DNA of 64,000 bases. Source: a phage. The translations under genes and the position numbers were made by a program. This document shows, in pieces, positions 7,429-16,793 of this stretch. The notes beneath the pieces were generated by a model, which was not told the origin of the DNA, searched no databases, and was given only the letters and a program-made list of their open reading frames with translations. The stretch's first letter is position 1. Each line of letters begins with the position of its first letter. Where the stretch lies: sequence record PZ445514.1; one strand, given 5' to 3'.

Positions 7429-8655
7429 TTAGAATGGGATGTCATCATCAAAGGCGTACTGTGCTGGATTCTGATCCATCGGGTCATCTTCCTCGTCATT
7501 TACAGGAGGAGCGTCTACAGTGTTTTGCTGTGGAGCTGCTTCCTGTTTGGCAGCTTGAGGTTCTTGATGGTCAGTGGACTCAGCACCGTTCTTGATCCAA
7601 TCGTACAACGGCTCAGCCAGATTAGTCAAGACATCTTTTGCTTCTGCAGTAATTGCCGCTGCAAAATCATCAACTTTCGTTTTCTTGTCAATACGGCGAC
7701 AAGCGTTCAACACCGCATTACCGACACTGGCACCTACTTCATCTTCAGTTCGGTTGGTGGCTTGAGCATACTCTTTCTTAAGCTCAATGGTGACTACGTG
7801 CAGTGTTTTAGCCACGCTTAGTGGGTCATCCACTTTAAACCCGCGATCCAGGATGATCTGCAAAGCATTGATGCTATGCCCCGTCTCTACACCAATAGGG
7901 TCGTAAGAGGATTTACGCTTGCCACCAGAGCCTTGAGTGCCGTTCTCTGCCTTAGGTGGATAGGCTTTGAAACCACTGATAATGTTTCCGGTGTCTTTGT
8001 CAACAATGGCTGCAACACGACCACCTACTACCAGGTCTTTAAGCTGCTCATCAGTGACAACCATAGCACCTTCGCCAATCTTGTGGTCATTAACAGTAAC
8101 CACGTTGCCAACAATCTGAGTCACATCACCATAGATGCGTAAAACGTCCTGATTGGCATTCTGCTGAGGTTTCTGCTTCTGGCCTTGTGATTGTGCACCT
8201 TGTTGCTGTTTTTGCTGTTGAGTCGCTGCTGGGGCCTCTCCTGCACCCAGCTTAACCATTTTAGCCAGTGATCCTTTATAATAGGTCTTACCGTTATGCT
8301 CGTTTGCCTTCAAAGGGATATTTACGATCCATCCCGGCGTTACGGTTTCCCACTTGTCATCAATTTTAACAGAGACAGAGTCTTGATGACCAGGTTTAAG
8401 CAGCTTATCACCCATACTGATCCAAACTTCTTCACCACCTTGAAGCAGGTTATCAGAGGAATCCAGTTCAGAAATCAGTAAAGAGATGGTGTGGCTGGAT
8501 TCAATTTTCTTACCTTGCCACACAGTGGTTTTAATACCTGTTGTAGGATCAGCACCTTTGATAGGTTTGATGCTGACACGTTTAATCATGCCGTGAGCCA
8601 GTAAAACAGTTTCACGCGGATTCATCGGGTTAGCAAATTGTTGAATAACGCTCAT
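7429..8655 (-). CDS. putative ssDNA-binding / replication accessory protein with SSB-like acidic C-terminal tail
   Basis: 408 aa; Q-rich low-complexity linker; ends ...AFDDDIPF, the same tip as E. coli SSB; AAGGAG upstream. Confidence 0.55.
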   Translation of the reverse strand: MSVIQQFANPMNPRETVLLAHGMIKRVSIKPIKGADPTTGIKTTVWQGKKIESSHTISLLISELDSSDNLLQGGEEVWISMGDKLLKPGHQDSVSVKIDDKWETVTPGWIVNIPLKANEHNGKTYYKGSLAKMVKLGAGEAPAATQQQKQQQGAQSQGQKQKPQQNANQDVLRIYGDVTQIVGNVVTVNDHKIGEGAMVVTDEQLKDLVVGGRVAAIVDKDTGNIISGFKAYPPKAENGTQGSGGKRKSSYDPIGVETGHSINALQIILDRGFKVDDPLSVAKTLHVVTIELKKEYAQATNRTEDEVGASVGNAVLNACRRIDKKTKVDDFAAAITAEAKDVLTNLAEPLYDWIKNGAESTDHQEPQAAKQEAAPQQNTVDAPPVNDEEDDPMDQNPAQYAFDDDIPF

Positions 8656-9020
8656 TATTTGTCTCCTTGTTCTTCGTTAGTGTTTGCCGTGTGTGCAAAC
8701 CCTGCTTGAATTAATTTGTCCTGAACTTGAGCCAGCAGGCCCATTGCAAAACTTGTGGTCCCAGAGAGGGCCATCAGCATATCTCGTTGTTGAGCTACCC
8801 AACCTAAGGCATAGTCCAAACGACGATATTTTTCTTCTTCACGCAAAGCTTGGAATAATTGTTCAGCCTCTGGCTGTTGTGTGAGCTCCTGAAGTCTTCC
8901 CATGAAAGAAGAAAGCACTAGCAGAAGAGACACTTGATCTTTACTTAACCCTAAGAAAAATTCTTGAGGTTGTTCTTGCTCGTTCATCGCAACCGACGCT
9001 TGATCGTTCATTTGTTCCAT
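8655..9020 (-). CDS. hypothetical protein
   Basis: 121-aa ORF with GGAGA upstream; TAATG overlap with next gene. Confidence 0.55.
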   Translation of the reverse strand: MEQMNDQASVAMNEQEQPQEFFLGLSKDQVSLLLVLSSFMGRLQELTQQPEAEQLFQALREEEKYRRLDYALGWVAQQRDMLMALSGTTSFAMGLLAQVQDKLIQAGFAHTANTNEEQGDK

Positions 9021-9103
9021 TATGGAATCTCCGATTTTATTTGAACAACATAGAAGGAGACACTATTTTAGCATCCCCTTCTGTAAATTACAATAGGTAT
9101 TTG

Positions 9104-9349
9104 TTAGCCAATCACTTCGAAAGTTCCCCAATTCCCGTCCAGCAGGCAGGTGATCGGATCTCCATCGTCGTCAAAGATTTCAAAGTTTTCAGCATCCAGG
9201 ATGTGGCCCTCGAACACAATACTCTCGTCGCCACCACCAGAAATAACAGCGTATTCCTTACCTTGAGTCAAGTTTTGACACCCTTTGCCACCAAAACCTA
9301 CTTCCACACAACGTACTTTCTGTCCTGCGCGAGCAACTACTTCAGCCAT
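9104..9349 (-). CDS. hypothetical small acidic protein
   Basis: 81-aa ORF with AGGAGA upstream. Confidence 0.55.
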   Translation of the reverse strand: MAEVVARAGQKVRCVEVGFGGKGCQNLTQGKEYAVISGGGDESIVFEGHILDAENFEIFDDDGDPITCLLDGNWGTFEVIG

Positions 9350-9366
9350 CTTAAGGTCTCCTGATA

Positions 9367-9669
9367 TTAATCGTCAAGTTCAAAATAGATTTTAACAGCT
9401 TCATCAAAGATTGGAATCCCGATGTTGTTGATAAGCTGCCAAACTACCATATCTTTACCTGGATCTGGGAGAATGTCAACCTTTCTCCATGCGCTGTATA
9501 TCCAGTTCGGACCACCTTCTGCACTAACTGGCAGATTTTCACCAGCTTCCTGTAGATACTTATACAGCAAAAGATATTCTGGATACTCTAGAACACTGTC
9601 CTCTGTAGTATATAGCAGTTCACGGTATACTTTTAAAAACCCTGCGGGGGTGATGTTTTCAGTCTTCAT
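9367..9669 (-). CDS. hypothetical protein
   Basis: Start set to ATG at 9669 preceded by CAGGAGAAG; overlaps upstream stop. Confidence 0.5.
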   Translation of the reverse strand: MKTENITPAGFLKVYRELLYTTEDSVLEYPEYLLLYKYLQEAGENLPVSAEGGPNWIYSAWRKVDILPDPGKDMVVWQLINNIGIPIFDEAVKIYFELDD

Positions 9670-10048
9670 TTGCTGCTTCTCCTGCATTCATCAGATCTGC
9701 CATAGCGTCACCAACGAAGAGGACAACCACATCGTTGACAGCGTCAGCATCATCTTTGTTGACGTTGCTGAATTTAGGACACACAGCAATGATCATATAG
9801 ACACCGTTGCCCACCTGAACTGTCCGTGTGGTGCACATCATGGCGGTATTTGTGCCTTCTTTGAAGGCGAAGCCTTGAAGACGCTCCTCTAGAGTGTTAC
9901 CGGTAGATTTCAGAAGCGCCAGCTCGTCCAAGGCATAGATGATATCTCCGGAAGTTAGTGTTGCCTTTCCATCAGACACCATAATCACTCCATCAGCACC
10001 GTCAAGCTTAGAGGCTTCAAAGATATCAATATCCCAAATATTTTTCAT
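9659..10048 (-). CDS. hypothetical protein
   Basis: ATG at 10048 with GAGGA upstream; ATGA overlap with upstream gene. Confidence 0.55.
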   Translation of the reverse strand: MKNIWDIDIFEASKLDGADGVIMVSDGKATLTSGDIIYALDELALLKSTGNTLEERLQGFAFKEGTNTAMMCTTRTVQVGNGVYMIIAVCPKFSNVNKDDADAVNDVVVLFVGDAMADLMNAGEAANED

Positions 10049-10320
10049 CACGCTTCCTCGTCGTCTAAGTAATCATCAAGAGAGGTGAAGATTTCACCGA
10101 AGTATTCTAAGATTTCTAGCTCACGTGTGGTGCAGCAAACATAATCTCCTTGGTCGTCCTTAATAGTGGCCTCTTTACCCAGAATATCTACTTCAAGTTC
10201 ATCGTTCAACAGGACGGCCCCTGTGTAAACTTTGTCAGCTGTGCAGTCCCGAAAAGCAGAGTCCTTCTCCAGATAGTCTGGCTTAACCTTGGCTTTAATT
10301 CGTTGATATTGTTTGGTCAT
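10048..10320 (-). CDS. hypothetical small acidic protein, paralog of 10384-10638
   Basis: Shares AFRDCT..Y and KDDQGDYVCCT motifs with neighbour; start set to ATG after AAGGGG because ORF-track start is TTG inside a hairpin. Confidence 0.5.
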   Translation of the reverse strand: MTKQYQRIKAKVKPDYLEKDSAFRDCTADKVYTGAVLLNDELEVDILGKEATIKDDQGDYVCCTTRELEILEYFGEIFTSLDDYLDDEEA

Positions 10321-10383
10321 TGCTGTGGTCCCCTTTCGTTTTGATAGGGCCATTATAGTAGGCCCTATCACTGTTGTCAAGTA

Positions 10384-10638
10384 TTAATGTTCAGGTTTTA
10401 CAAAAACTACTTCATTAACAGTGCACCAGACAGAGTCTCCTTCATCATCTTTAAAGGTAAGGCACTGTGCTGAGTTTTCCAGCTCATCGATCTCTTCTTG
10501 TGATAAAGGGGCCCCTTCTTCCAGGAGGGCTTTTACCAGAGGGTTCTCACAAAACTCTGCTTCATAAATTGCACCGACTGTGCAATCTTTAAAAGCTCGG
10601 TCATTTGCAACGCATTCTGACTTCAAAGTAATTTTCAT
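10384..10638 (-). CDS. hypothetical small acidic protein, paralog of 10048-10320
   Basis: 84-aa ORF with AAGGAG upstream; AFKDCT and KDDEGDSVWCT motifs. Confidence 0.55.
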   Translation of the reverse strand: MKITLKSECVANDRAFKDCTVGAIYEAEFCENPLVKALLEEGAPLSQEEIDELENSAQCLTFKDDEGDSVWCTVNEVVFVKPEH

Positions 10639-10689
10639 CTTAGCAGTCTCCTTAGTTATTTAAAAATCAACGCTCTGTTTGTGTAAAGC

Positions 10690-10718
10690 ATCTTATATCT
10701 AATCTTACTTCTTGTCAA
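10690..10718 (-). promoter_or_regulatory. candidate sigma70 promoter (TTGACA -35, 17 nt, TAAGAT)
   Basis: Consensus -35 with weak -10 upstream of gene starting at 10638. Confidence 0.3.
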
Positions 10719-11086
10719 TGACTATTTTCAATCAGCCACACAGGGTCGAGGTAAATTTGTTGGCGTGTTGCCCAATGACAAACTTCATTGTACATCTGAA
10801 CCTCTTTGTCCGTCAGTTCACGAATAGGCTCATCTATACCCCCATTTTTGTGGTAATCCCAGTCGGCATCGATTTCCCACAGCCATGACTTGTTGTCACC
10901 ACGCTTACGCACACAGAAGTCACCAGGACGGCCTGCCAGTGCATTTAAGAACTCGTTCTCCGCTCGCTCCTGAAGAATACTAAGGAGCAAAACGTTGGAG
11001 CATGACCGTAAAATATGCTTCAGCTCACAATCATCAATCTCAACTTCAATACGTTGTTTGACTGTGTGGGTACCTTTTACTAACAT
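10715..11086 (-). CDS. hypothetical protein
   Basis: Start set to ATG at 11086 preceded by AGGAGG. Confidence 0.5.
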   Translation of the reverse strand: MLVKGTHTVKQRIEVEIDDCELKHILRSCSNVLLLSILQERAENEFLNALAGRPGDFCVRKRGDNKSWLWEIDADWDYHKNGGIDEPIRELTDKEVQMYNEVCHWATRQQIYLDPVWLIENSH

Positions 11087-11096
11087 ACTACCTCCT

Positions 11097-11291
11097 CTAA
11101 ACGAACTCTGCAAGAGTTGTGTTGTTCACTGCACCGCAGTAAATGGAGTATCCCAGCCCATTAGAGTGCAGAAACCACGGCGTGCCGAAATTATCTTTCA
11201 CGTAGACATCACCGTTGTTTGTAAAGGGCCAATATTCTTCCCCAAGGGTAAAATACCTATTCATACCTTCAGCAAGATACTTTACTTTCAT
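11097..11291 (-). CDS. hypothetical small protein, paralog of 11288-11515
   Basis: 64-aa ORF; similar to neighbour over the W-F-(I/L)-(S/H)-x-x-G and Y-x-I-Y(/C)-G motifs. Confidence 0.5.
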   Translation of the reverse strand: MKVKYLAEGMNRYFTLGEEYWPFTNNGDVYVKDNFGTPWFLHSNGLGYSIYCGAVNNTTLAEFV

Positions 11292-11515
11292 AGGTCCTCT
11301 TCAACAACTACAAACTTGGCAAGCAAAGTGGTTCCGTAGATATGATACTCGCCGTTTGCCAGATGGGAGATAAACCAGGCAACCCCTTCCTCGTCTTTAA
11401 TCATTTTATTTGCACGAGCTTTATCGTAATAAACCTCGTAGGTCTTTCCTTCTTTAAAGAATGACAGGTCTGTCATCTTTTCTTCTACAAAAGTAGCTTT
11501 AACCAAAGTTGTCAT
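11288..11515 (-). CDS. hypothetical small protein
   Basis: 75-aa ORF with AAGGAG upstream. Confidence 0.5.
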   Translation of the reverse strand: MTTLVKATFVEEKMTDLSFFKEGKTYEVYYDKARANKMIKDEEGVAWFISHLANGEYHIYGTTLLAKFVVVEEDL

Positions 11516-11829
11516 TGATCGGTCTCCTTCTTGTTAAGTCTGAATACTGCAATAATAGCATTCCCAAGGTGCAGTGTCAAATCATTTCCAAGATACCACA
11601 GCATCCCACGGTCATCTTTAATGAAAGGGTAGCAATTTGGTGCCTTCTCTTTAATGAAAGGGTGACAATCTGGTGCCTTCCAGACATTGTACACTTTCCC
11701 AACCTGAAAGAAATCAGGCCCTGTCGGGATTTTGGTGCCTGGCCACACTTGAGATACCTGAACACACTCCACCTGCATAATAACAGGGATAGTCATGGAT
11801 GTAAATGTTTTTGTTGGCTCTACTACCAT
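11512..11829 (-). CDS. hypothetical protein with internal 11-aa tandem repeat
   Basis: Start set to ATG at 11829 after AAAGAGGAGA; encodes HPFIKEKAPNC / YPFIKDDRGML from a 33-bp tandem duplication. Confidence 0.5.
   Translation of the reverse strand: MVVEPTKTFTSMTIPVIMQVECVQVSQVWPGTKIPTGPDFFQVGKVYNVWKAPDCHPFIKEKAPNCYPFIKDDRGMLWYLGNDLTLHLGNAIIAVFRLNKKETDQ
11615..11680. repeat. 33-bp tandem duplication (2 units) inside a CDS
   Basis: Units starting 11618 and 11651 differ at a few positions; in frame, giving an 11-aa protein repeat. Confidence 0.6.
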
Positions 11830-11878
11830 AAAAGTCTCCTCTTTGCTCAACAACACTTCCATGTGTTGATAGTTTACA

Positions 11879-14656
11879 TTAGTGACAATCACCCCAATTA
11901 CGACCACACAAGTATTCACCTGTGATCTGGAACGGGACTCCCATCATTTTAGAAGCTTGCCAGAAGCAATGCACCACCATTTCACCCACAGGGCTCCAGA
12001 TAAGTTCAAGCTTCCCGTCATCGTTCAGGATAGGATCGTACACCGTGTTTCCGTCTCTGTCAACCACTTCGTTTCCGTTCTCATCCTTGCGTGCCTTTTT
12101 GTACTTATGACCGTCAAACACATGAAGTTTGGCTTCCTGCTCTGCCTTAAATGCTTCCAATTCTTCAATTGTGTCGAAGGTGTACACAGTCTTATACTTA
12201 GGCGTGTCAGGGACTTGAAGTTGGTACTCATCATGGTAATAAATAATACGACGAACACCTTCATCGTACCACCCACGCTTCACCATTTGGTGGTGCATGA
12301 GTATCCCAACTAAGTCACACAACGATGCACCGCCATTTTGTTGGTATGCATTGAGTAAAGAGTGTTTAGATCGAGTCCAGATAGCATGACCATCAAAAGA
12401 GTAGATAAACTTCTTACCCGTTGCTTCCCAGAATTTCTCCAGATCTTCTTTACGCCCCTTAAGACCCGGGTTGGCATCCCAGAGTGCATCGATTACCCTT
12501 TGTCCCAACTCTGGAGAGATATCCAGCATATCTGCAACTTTATCTTTTTGTGCCCCGTACATAACCCCATACGTGATAGGTTTACCGTCGTTACGAGATA
12601 CCTCTCTGCCTGCTACTTTTGTATATGCCTCGGCGTTGTTTTGGTGTGCGTCTCCGTTACTTACAACATCATAATACAAGCCGTTGTCGAACTCAAAGGC
12701 ACCCCAAGCCCCGATAAGCTGCTCTAAGTTGGACCCGTCAATACCGATCTCAAAGTATCCCGGAGGAACACCCCACAGACTACGCATCTCTTTACCCATA
12801 ACCACTTTAGGAGATGGTTTAGGCATGTTCGCACAAATACTGTGTTTCTGTCGGGAAGTGTTTGTTAACCCAGAACTTTTAGCAGGAAGCTTATGGTCAA
12901 TCTTCAAACGTGGGTGATTAAGAAGACCAGTATCAACCTTATCCTCCTTGATTGGATCAAGTACCGATCTGCGGTTTCGCAATGATAACCACAAGACGAT
13001 ATCTTTAGCCATCTCTCCGTTCAATTTTTCAAGATTAGGGCATAGGTGTCCAAACGTATCTTTCAGTTGCGGAGAAGTAATAAGTGCCCTAGCTTTTCTA
13101 CGTATTTTCCCGAATACTTCCTTTTTAATCCTTTCGGAGTTAGGAAAGCTTCGGAACTTGTGCACGGTTGTCTGGAACTTAGCATCAGTTTTGTTCCAGA
13201 AGTTGATAATCAGGTCACAATACTCTGACTCTAAAAGCTCGTCCATATATGCATATACTCGTGCATCAACATCTGCATCAGGTAGAGCTTTCTTCTTGCT
13301 GTCTTTAGTTACATCCTTAGTTCTCCACATTGTCGGAAGCCAACCAGCACTGATCAGGTATCGCTTAATGTCGTCCTGGTTGCTGATTTTCATAGGTATC
13401 TTGCAGTCCGGCATTCGCTTCTGCTGTAGATCACTTATTGCCTGATCCATTAGCTCTTTAGGTAAAGGTTGTGGTGTGGAGGTGCCCTTAATATAGCCTC
13501 TCAAGAAATCAGCCATCTTATCGGGGTCTTTGCAGCCCATCTCTTCACACCATTTTATCCCCATCTTACTGACATCTCCTGTAGAGGTAAATGCTCGCTT
13601 AGGCGGGGCTTTGAACTCTAAAGCGCTCATATCTACAGGATAGCCAAGCTTATCTTTTAACCATTTCCAACCATTATTGGAGATTGTCCCATCTTGGTTA
13701 AACGGCTTTTCAGGGAACTTGGGCCGCTGAGACATTGACAGCTCTTTTAAAGGTAGTTGCGGTTCAACACGATCAGCGATTTCTTTCATCCACGCATCGC
13801 AACGGTCACGTAAAGCAATAGCCCCATCTATGTCAAAATACACACCCTGACGGGCCTGCAGCTCCATCAGGAAGTGCTGCAGCATGCCTCGGCGTAATGC
13901 GTTCTTCCAGGTGATCTTCTTGAACCCTTTCGGCTTCTCTTTGGCAGGATCGTACATAAAGTTCTGCATGTCAGATTTGCCGTAGAATACACCTTTTGAT
14001 TCCGCTACCAGCTCTTTCCAGAGCAGCTCCTGGATGATAACGTCCTCGAATACACGATCCACATACTTCCACAACGGAAGATCGCGCCAGTCATCAATTT
14101 GAACTTTCTGGTTACCAAGGGCGTAGCCCCATGCCATAAGGCCGTGAGGACCGACAGGCTGCATTTTCTTAGTAACCGGGTTGAATACAGAGTCCGGACA
14201 ACCTTTTGGTAAAGGGCGATCAGGCCATAAGATTCGGCTCATCGCCAACGTATCAAACAGGTTGACCTGGTGGTCGTTGATAGTCCCCATGCATTTAGGA
14301 TCACGGAACATATCAAAATGAATACCGGATAATCTTTCCATCAGCATAAAGTCATAACTGTAGCAGTTATGGCAGTTCAAAGCTGTTGGTGACCAGTCGG
14401 AATTGCCTGTAAGCCAACCTTCTAACTCCGAAAAATCTGCTATGCGAACTTCAAAATCTTTATAAAGAGTTTTCTTTGCCAGAATAAAGTTCTTAGCCTT
14501 CTCTATATCCTCCTCGGAGTAGTGTGTGCGGTCATTTAGAGGAAGGAACAGCATAAAACGGTTCTTATTCAGCTCTTTAAACAGGCCGCAGTGATAATAA
14601 AGATCTGGGTCTTCCAGCAAACCGGATGACTCAAAATCGAAAGACCACATGCTCAT
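11879..14656 (-). CDS. DNA polymerase, family A, with 3'-5' exonuclease domain
   Basis: 925 aa; Exo I FDFESSG near N-terminus; Pol motif B K..YGVMYG and motif C YYHDEY; AAGGAGA upstream. Confidence 0.9.
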   Translation of the reverse strand: MSMWSFDFESSGLLEDPDLYYHCGLFKELNKNRFMLFLPLNDRTHYSEEDIEKAKNFILAKKTLYKDFEVRIADFSELEGWLTGNSDWSPTALNCHNCYSYDFMLMERLSGIHFDMFRDPKCMGTINDHQVNLFDTLAMSRILWPDRPLPKGCPDSVFNPVTKKMQPVGPHGLMAWGYALGNQKVQIDDWRDLPLWKYVDRVFEDVIIQELLWKELVAESKGVFYGKSDMQNFMYDPAKEKPKGFKKITWKNALRRGMLQHFLMELQARQGVYFDIDGAIALRDRCDAWMKEIADRVEPQLPLKELSMSQRPKFPEKPFNQDGTISNNGWKWLKDKLGYPVDMSALEFKAPPKRAFTSTGDVSKMGIKWCEEMGCKDPDKMADFLRGYIKGTSTPQPLPKELMDQAISDLQQKRMPDCKIPMKISNQDDIKRYLISAGWLPTMWRTKDVTKDSKKKALPDADVDARVYAYMDELLESEYCDLIINFWNKTDAKFQTTVHKFRSFPNSERIKKEVFGKIRRKARALITSPQLKDTFGHLCPNLEKLNGEMAKDIVLWLSLRNRRSVLDPIKEDKVDTGLLNHPRLKIDHKLPAKSSGLTNTSRQKHSICANMPKPSPKVVMGKEMRSLWGVPPGYFEIGIDGSNLEQLIGAWGAFEFDNGLYYDVVSNGDAHQNNAEAYTKVAGREVSRNDGKPITYGVMYGAQKDKVADMLDISPELGQRVIDALWDANPGLKGRKEDLEKFWEATGKKFIYSFDGHAIWTRSKHSLLNAYQQNGGASLCDLVGILMHHQMVKRGWYDEGVRRIIYYHDEYQLQVPDTPKYKTVYTFDTIEELEAFKAEQEAKLHVFDGHKYKKARKDENGNEVVDRDGNTVYDPILNDDGKLELIWSPVGEMVVHCFWQASKMMGVPFQITGEYLCGRNWGDCH

Positions 14657-14714
14657 ATACAGTTCTCCTTAAAGGGGAGGCGGTTGTACTACCCCTCCCA
14701 CTCTTTGTTAAACA

Positions 14715-16793
14715 TTAAAAAGGTGTTTCATCATCCTCAAAACCAGGAACATGGTCAGAGGACGGATCATCGTACTGGAGTTCTTCCTGCGTGTCAACAG
14801 GCTTAACAGTAGGAGTTACAACCTTATCAGCCACAACCTTGCCCATAGGTGTTTCTACAACTGCATGCTCCTGATCCTCAAACATAGCCTGAGGTCTCCA
14901 AACAACCTCCCCACCTTCTCCATCTGTAAACATTTGCATTTCTTTGTCCCAGTACCAATTACTGGCATCATGGAACTTACCTGTGTGCGGGTCCATAACC
15001 AAAGTGTCAGCAATACCTAGAGTTTTTGCTGGACGGTTTTTAAGACCTACCAGACGGACACGTCCACGAGAACGATCCACCATTTCTTCGGCCTCGACAC
15101 CTATGACTACCCAACTCAACTGTTCAAGCCCCGCCGATCCTCGCAAATTCTCTTTTCGCACAGGATACCAGAAAGGTAACGGGTTACCATCCTTGTCCTT
15201 AGGAGGCACAATCTCTGTACGTTTGAGGTGAGCGATCACCAAGATAAACACGTTAAACTGCTTACAAAACGCAGCCAGCTGAGTCATAGCCATGTCCAGT
15301 TCTTTTCGCTCATCCTTAACATTAAGCCCTGAAATTACCATGGACAGGTGATCCAGCACAATATAACGGCAATGGTACAGGCAAACCATTTGCTTAAGCT
15401 TGGTAATCAACTCATCCACCGGAATAGACCCGAAATGTTTGAACACCTTGATTTTTCCAGCTTTTGCCCATGATTGGTGAATCTCTGCGTGTTCTTGATC
15501 AGTTAAAAACTGGCTAGGATCTTCAACAAACTCTTTAACATCAAACCCTAACTGGTTTGCATACAAGGAGTTAATTGCTTCCTCTGGGTCCTCCTCAAGA
15601 TGGATCATACATAGACGATCATCCTCTTCATAGTCATCAGCCTTCGGGCATGTCGGGTCCATTAGGTATCTTGCAATACAGTGTTCCAGTTTTTTAGCTA
15701 CGGTTGTTTTACCGCCACCTGATGGACCTGTAAGCATTACGAGTGTCCCTTTGTGCAAGCCTTTTAGCATTTTTTGCAGTTTTGGGAACTCTGCGCTGAT
15801 ATCTACCCCGTTGGAAGTCTTTTTCCGCAAAGACTCGATAGAGAAGTCTTCTAAATCCGACACCGCATCAGGCACATATTTAACAGGATGCCGGAACATG
15901 TTGACAATATCTTCCAGCTTTTTAGCCTTCAGCATGTCTCGGATATCTTTTACACCGTCAGGGTCGTTTACTTCACCAGGGTATTCTACGTGGTAAACGT
16001 TATCAGCCATCAAAAATGCTGCGATATTGTGCGTGGCCTCAACACCTTTAATGACGTGTTTTTGCTTCTCTACCTCGTTAGCTGCATCGTTATCCATTGC
16101 CAGCACAACTGTTCCATAGCTACGGATAAACTTCTCATTGTTTGCAAAAGTATCTACTGCGTTTGCACATCCACAGTTAATTCCAACAAAAGGCAGGCAG
16201 GGTTTTCCTGCCAGATCACCACCGTTGATAACTGCATCGATCCCGTCCTGGACCTCTTTAGCCCACTGCTTCACCTTTGCCGGGGCTTTAGCGTTGGTGA
16301 GAATCCCTTTTACTTGTATCTGATATGCAGCCTGCCATGCTGCAATAACATCACCTTCCCCCTCACAAACGTTAATTTGCTTACGGTTGTTGGAAGATGC
16401 ACACAGCTTTTGCCCAAACATCTGAGAGTTAGCCTTTACTATGCCAACAACTGAGAAATGGCCCCTTTGCTCTTTAGGAATCGTCCAGTCACGCTTTTTG
16501 AAACCGGACAGATTTCCGTAGCGGTCGTAATATGGGAAATATGTTGCAGTGACTGTCACACCGTCTTCTTGTGACAATGCTGATCGCACACCAAAATATT
16601 GTGCAGCCATCAGACCGATATTTTGTTGTGGGACAGGGACAATTTTAGTATTTTCTAAAACAGTCTCTACAGTTTCAACTTCTTTTTCATCACGATAGTC
16701 TCGTTTCACACTTCCCCCACTTTTATACTTAGTTGCTTTCGGGTTTGGCTCACCGAAACGGTTGTATGCAGATGCCATAAATTTACTTCCCAT
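14715..16793 (-). CDS. bifunctional DNA primase/helicase (Toprim primase plus DnaB-family helicase)
   Basis: 692 aa; Toprim acidic motifs EGEGD and MDNDAAN; Walker A GPSGGGKTT and Walker B IVLDHLS. Confidence 0.9.
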   Translation of the reverse strand: MGSKFMASAYNRFGEPNPKATKYKSGGSVKRDYRDEKEVETVETVLENTKIVPVPQQNIGLMAAQYFGVRSALSQEDGVTVTATYFPYYDRYGNLSGFKKRDWTIPKEQRGHFSVVGIVKANSQMFGQKLCASSNNRKQINVCEGEGDVIAAWQAAYQIQVKGILTNAKAPAKVKQWAKEVQDGIDAVINGGDLAGKPCLPFVGINCGCANAVDTFANNEKFIRSYGTVVLAMDNDAANEVEKQKHVIKGVEATHNIAAFLMADNVYHVEYPGEVNDPDGVKDIRDMLKAKKLEDIVNMFRHPVKYVPDAVSDLEDFSIESLRKKTSNGVDISAEFPKLQKMLKGLHKGTLVMLTGPSGGGKTTVAKKLEHCIARYLMDPTCPKADDYEEDDRLCMIHLEEDPEEAINSLYANQLGFDVKEFVEDPSQFLTDQEHAEIHQSWAKAGKIKVFKHFGSIPVDELITKLKQMVCLYHCRYIVLDHLSMVISGLNVKDERKELDMAMTQLAAFCKQFNVFILVIAHLKRTEIVPPKDKDGNPLPFWYPVRKENLRGSAGLEQLSWVVIGVEAEEMVDRSRGRVRLVGLKNRPAKTLGIADTLVMDPHTGKFHDASNWYWDKEMQMFTDGEGGEVVWRPQAMFEDQEHAVVETPMGKVVADKVVTPTVKPVDTQEELQYDDPSSDHVPGFEDDETPF

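Noticed and set aside
7426-7821. 131-aa plus-strand ORF antisense to the SSB-like gene
   Set aside because: Overlaps a well-supported minus-strand gene and runs through the terminator hairpin; no RBS
12948-13445. 165-aa plus-strand ORF, with other plus-strand ORFs, inside the DNA polymerase gene
   Set aside because: Antisense to a high-confidence CDS, with no RBS and biased low-complexity composition
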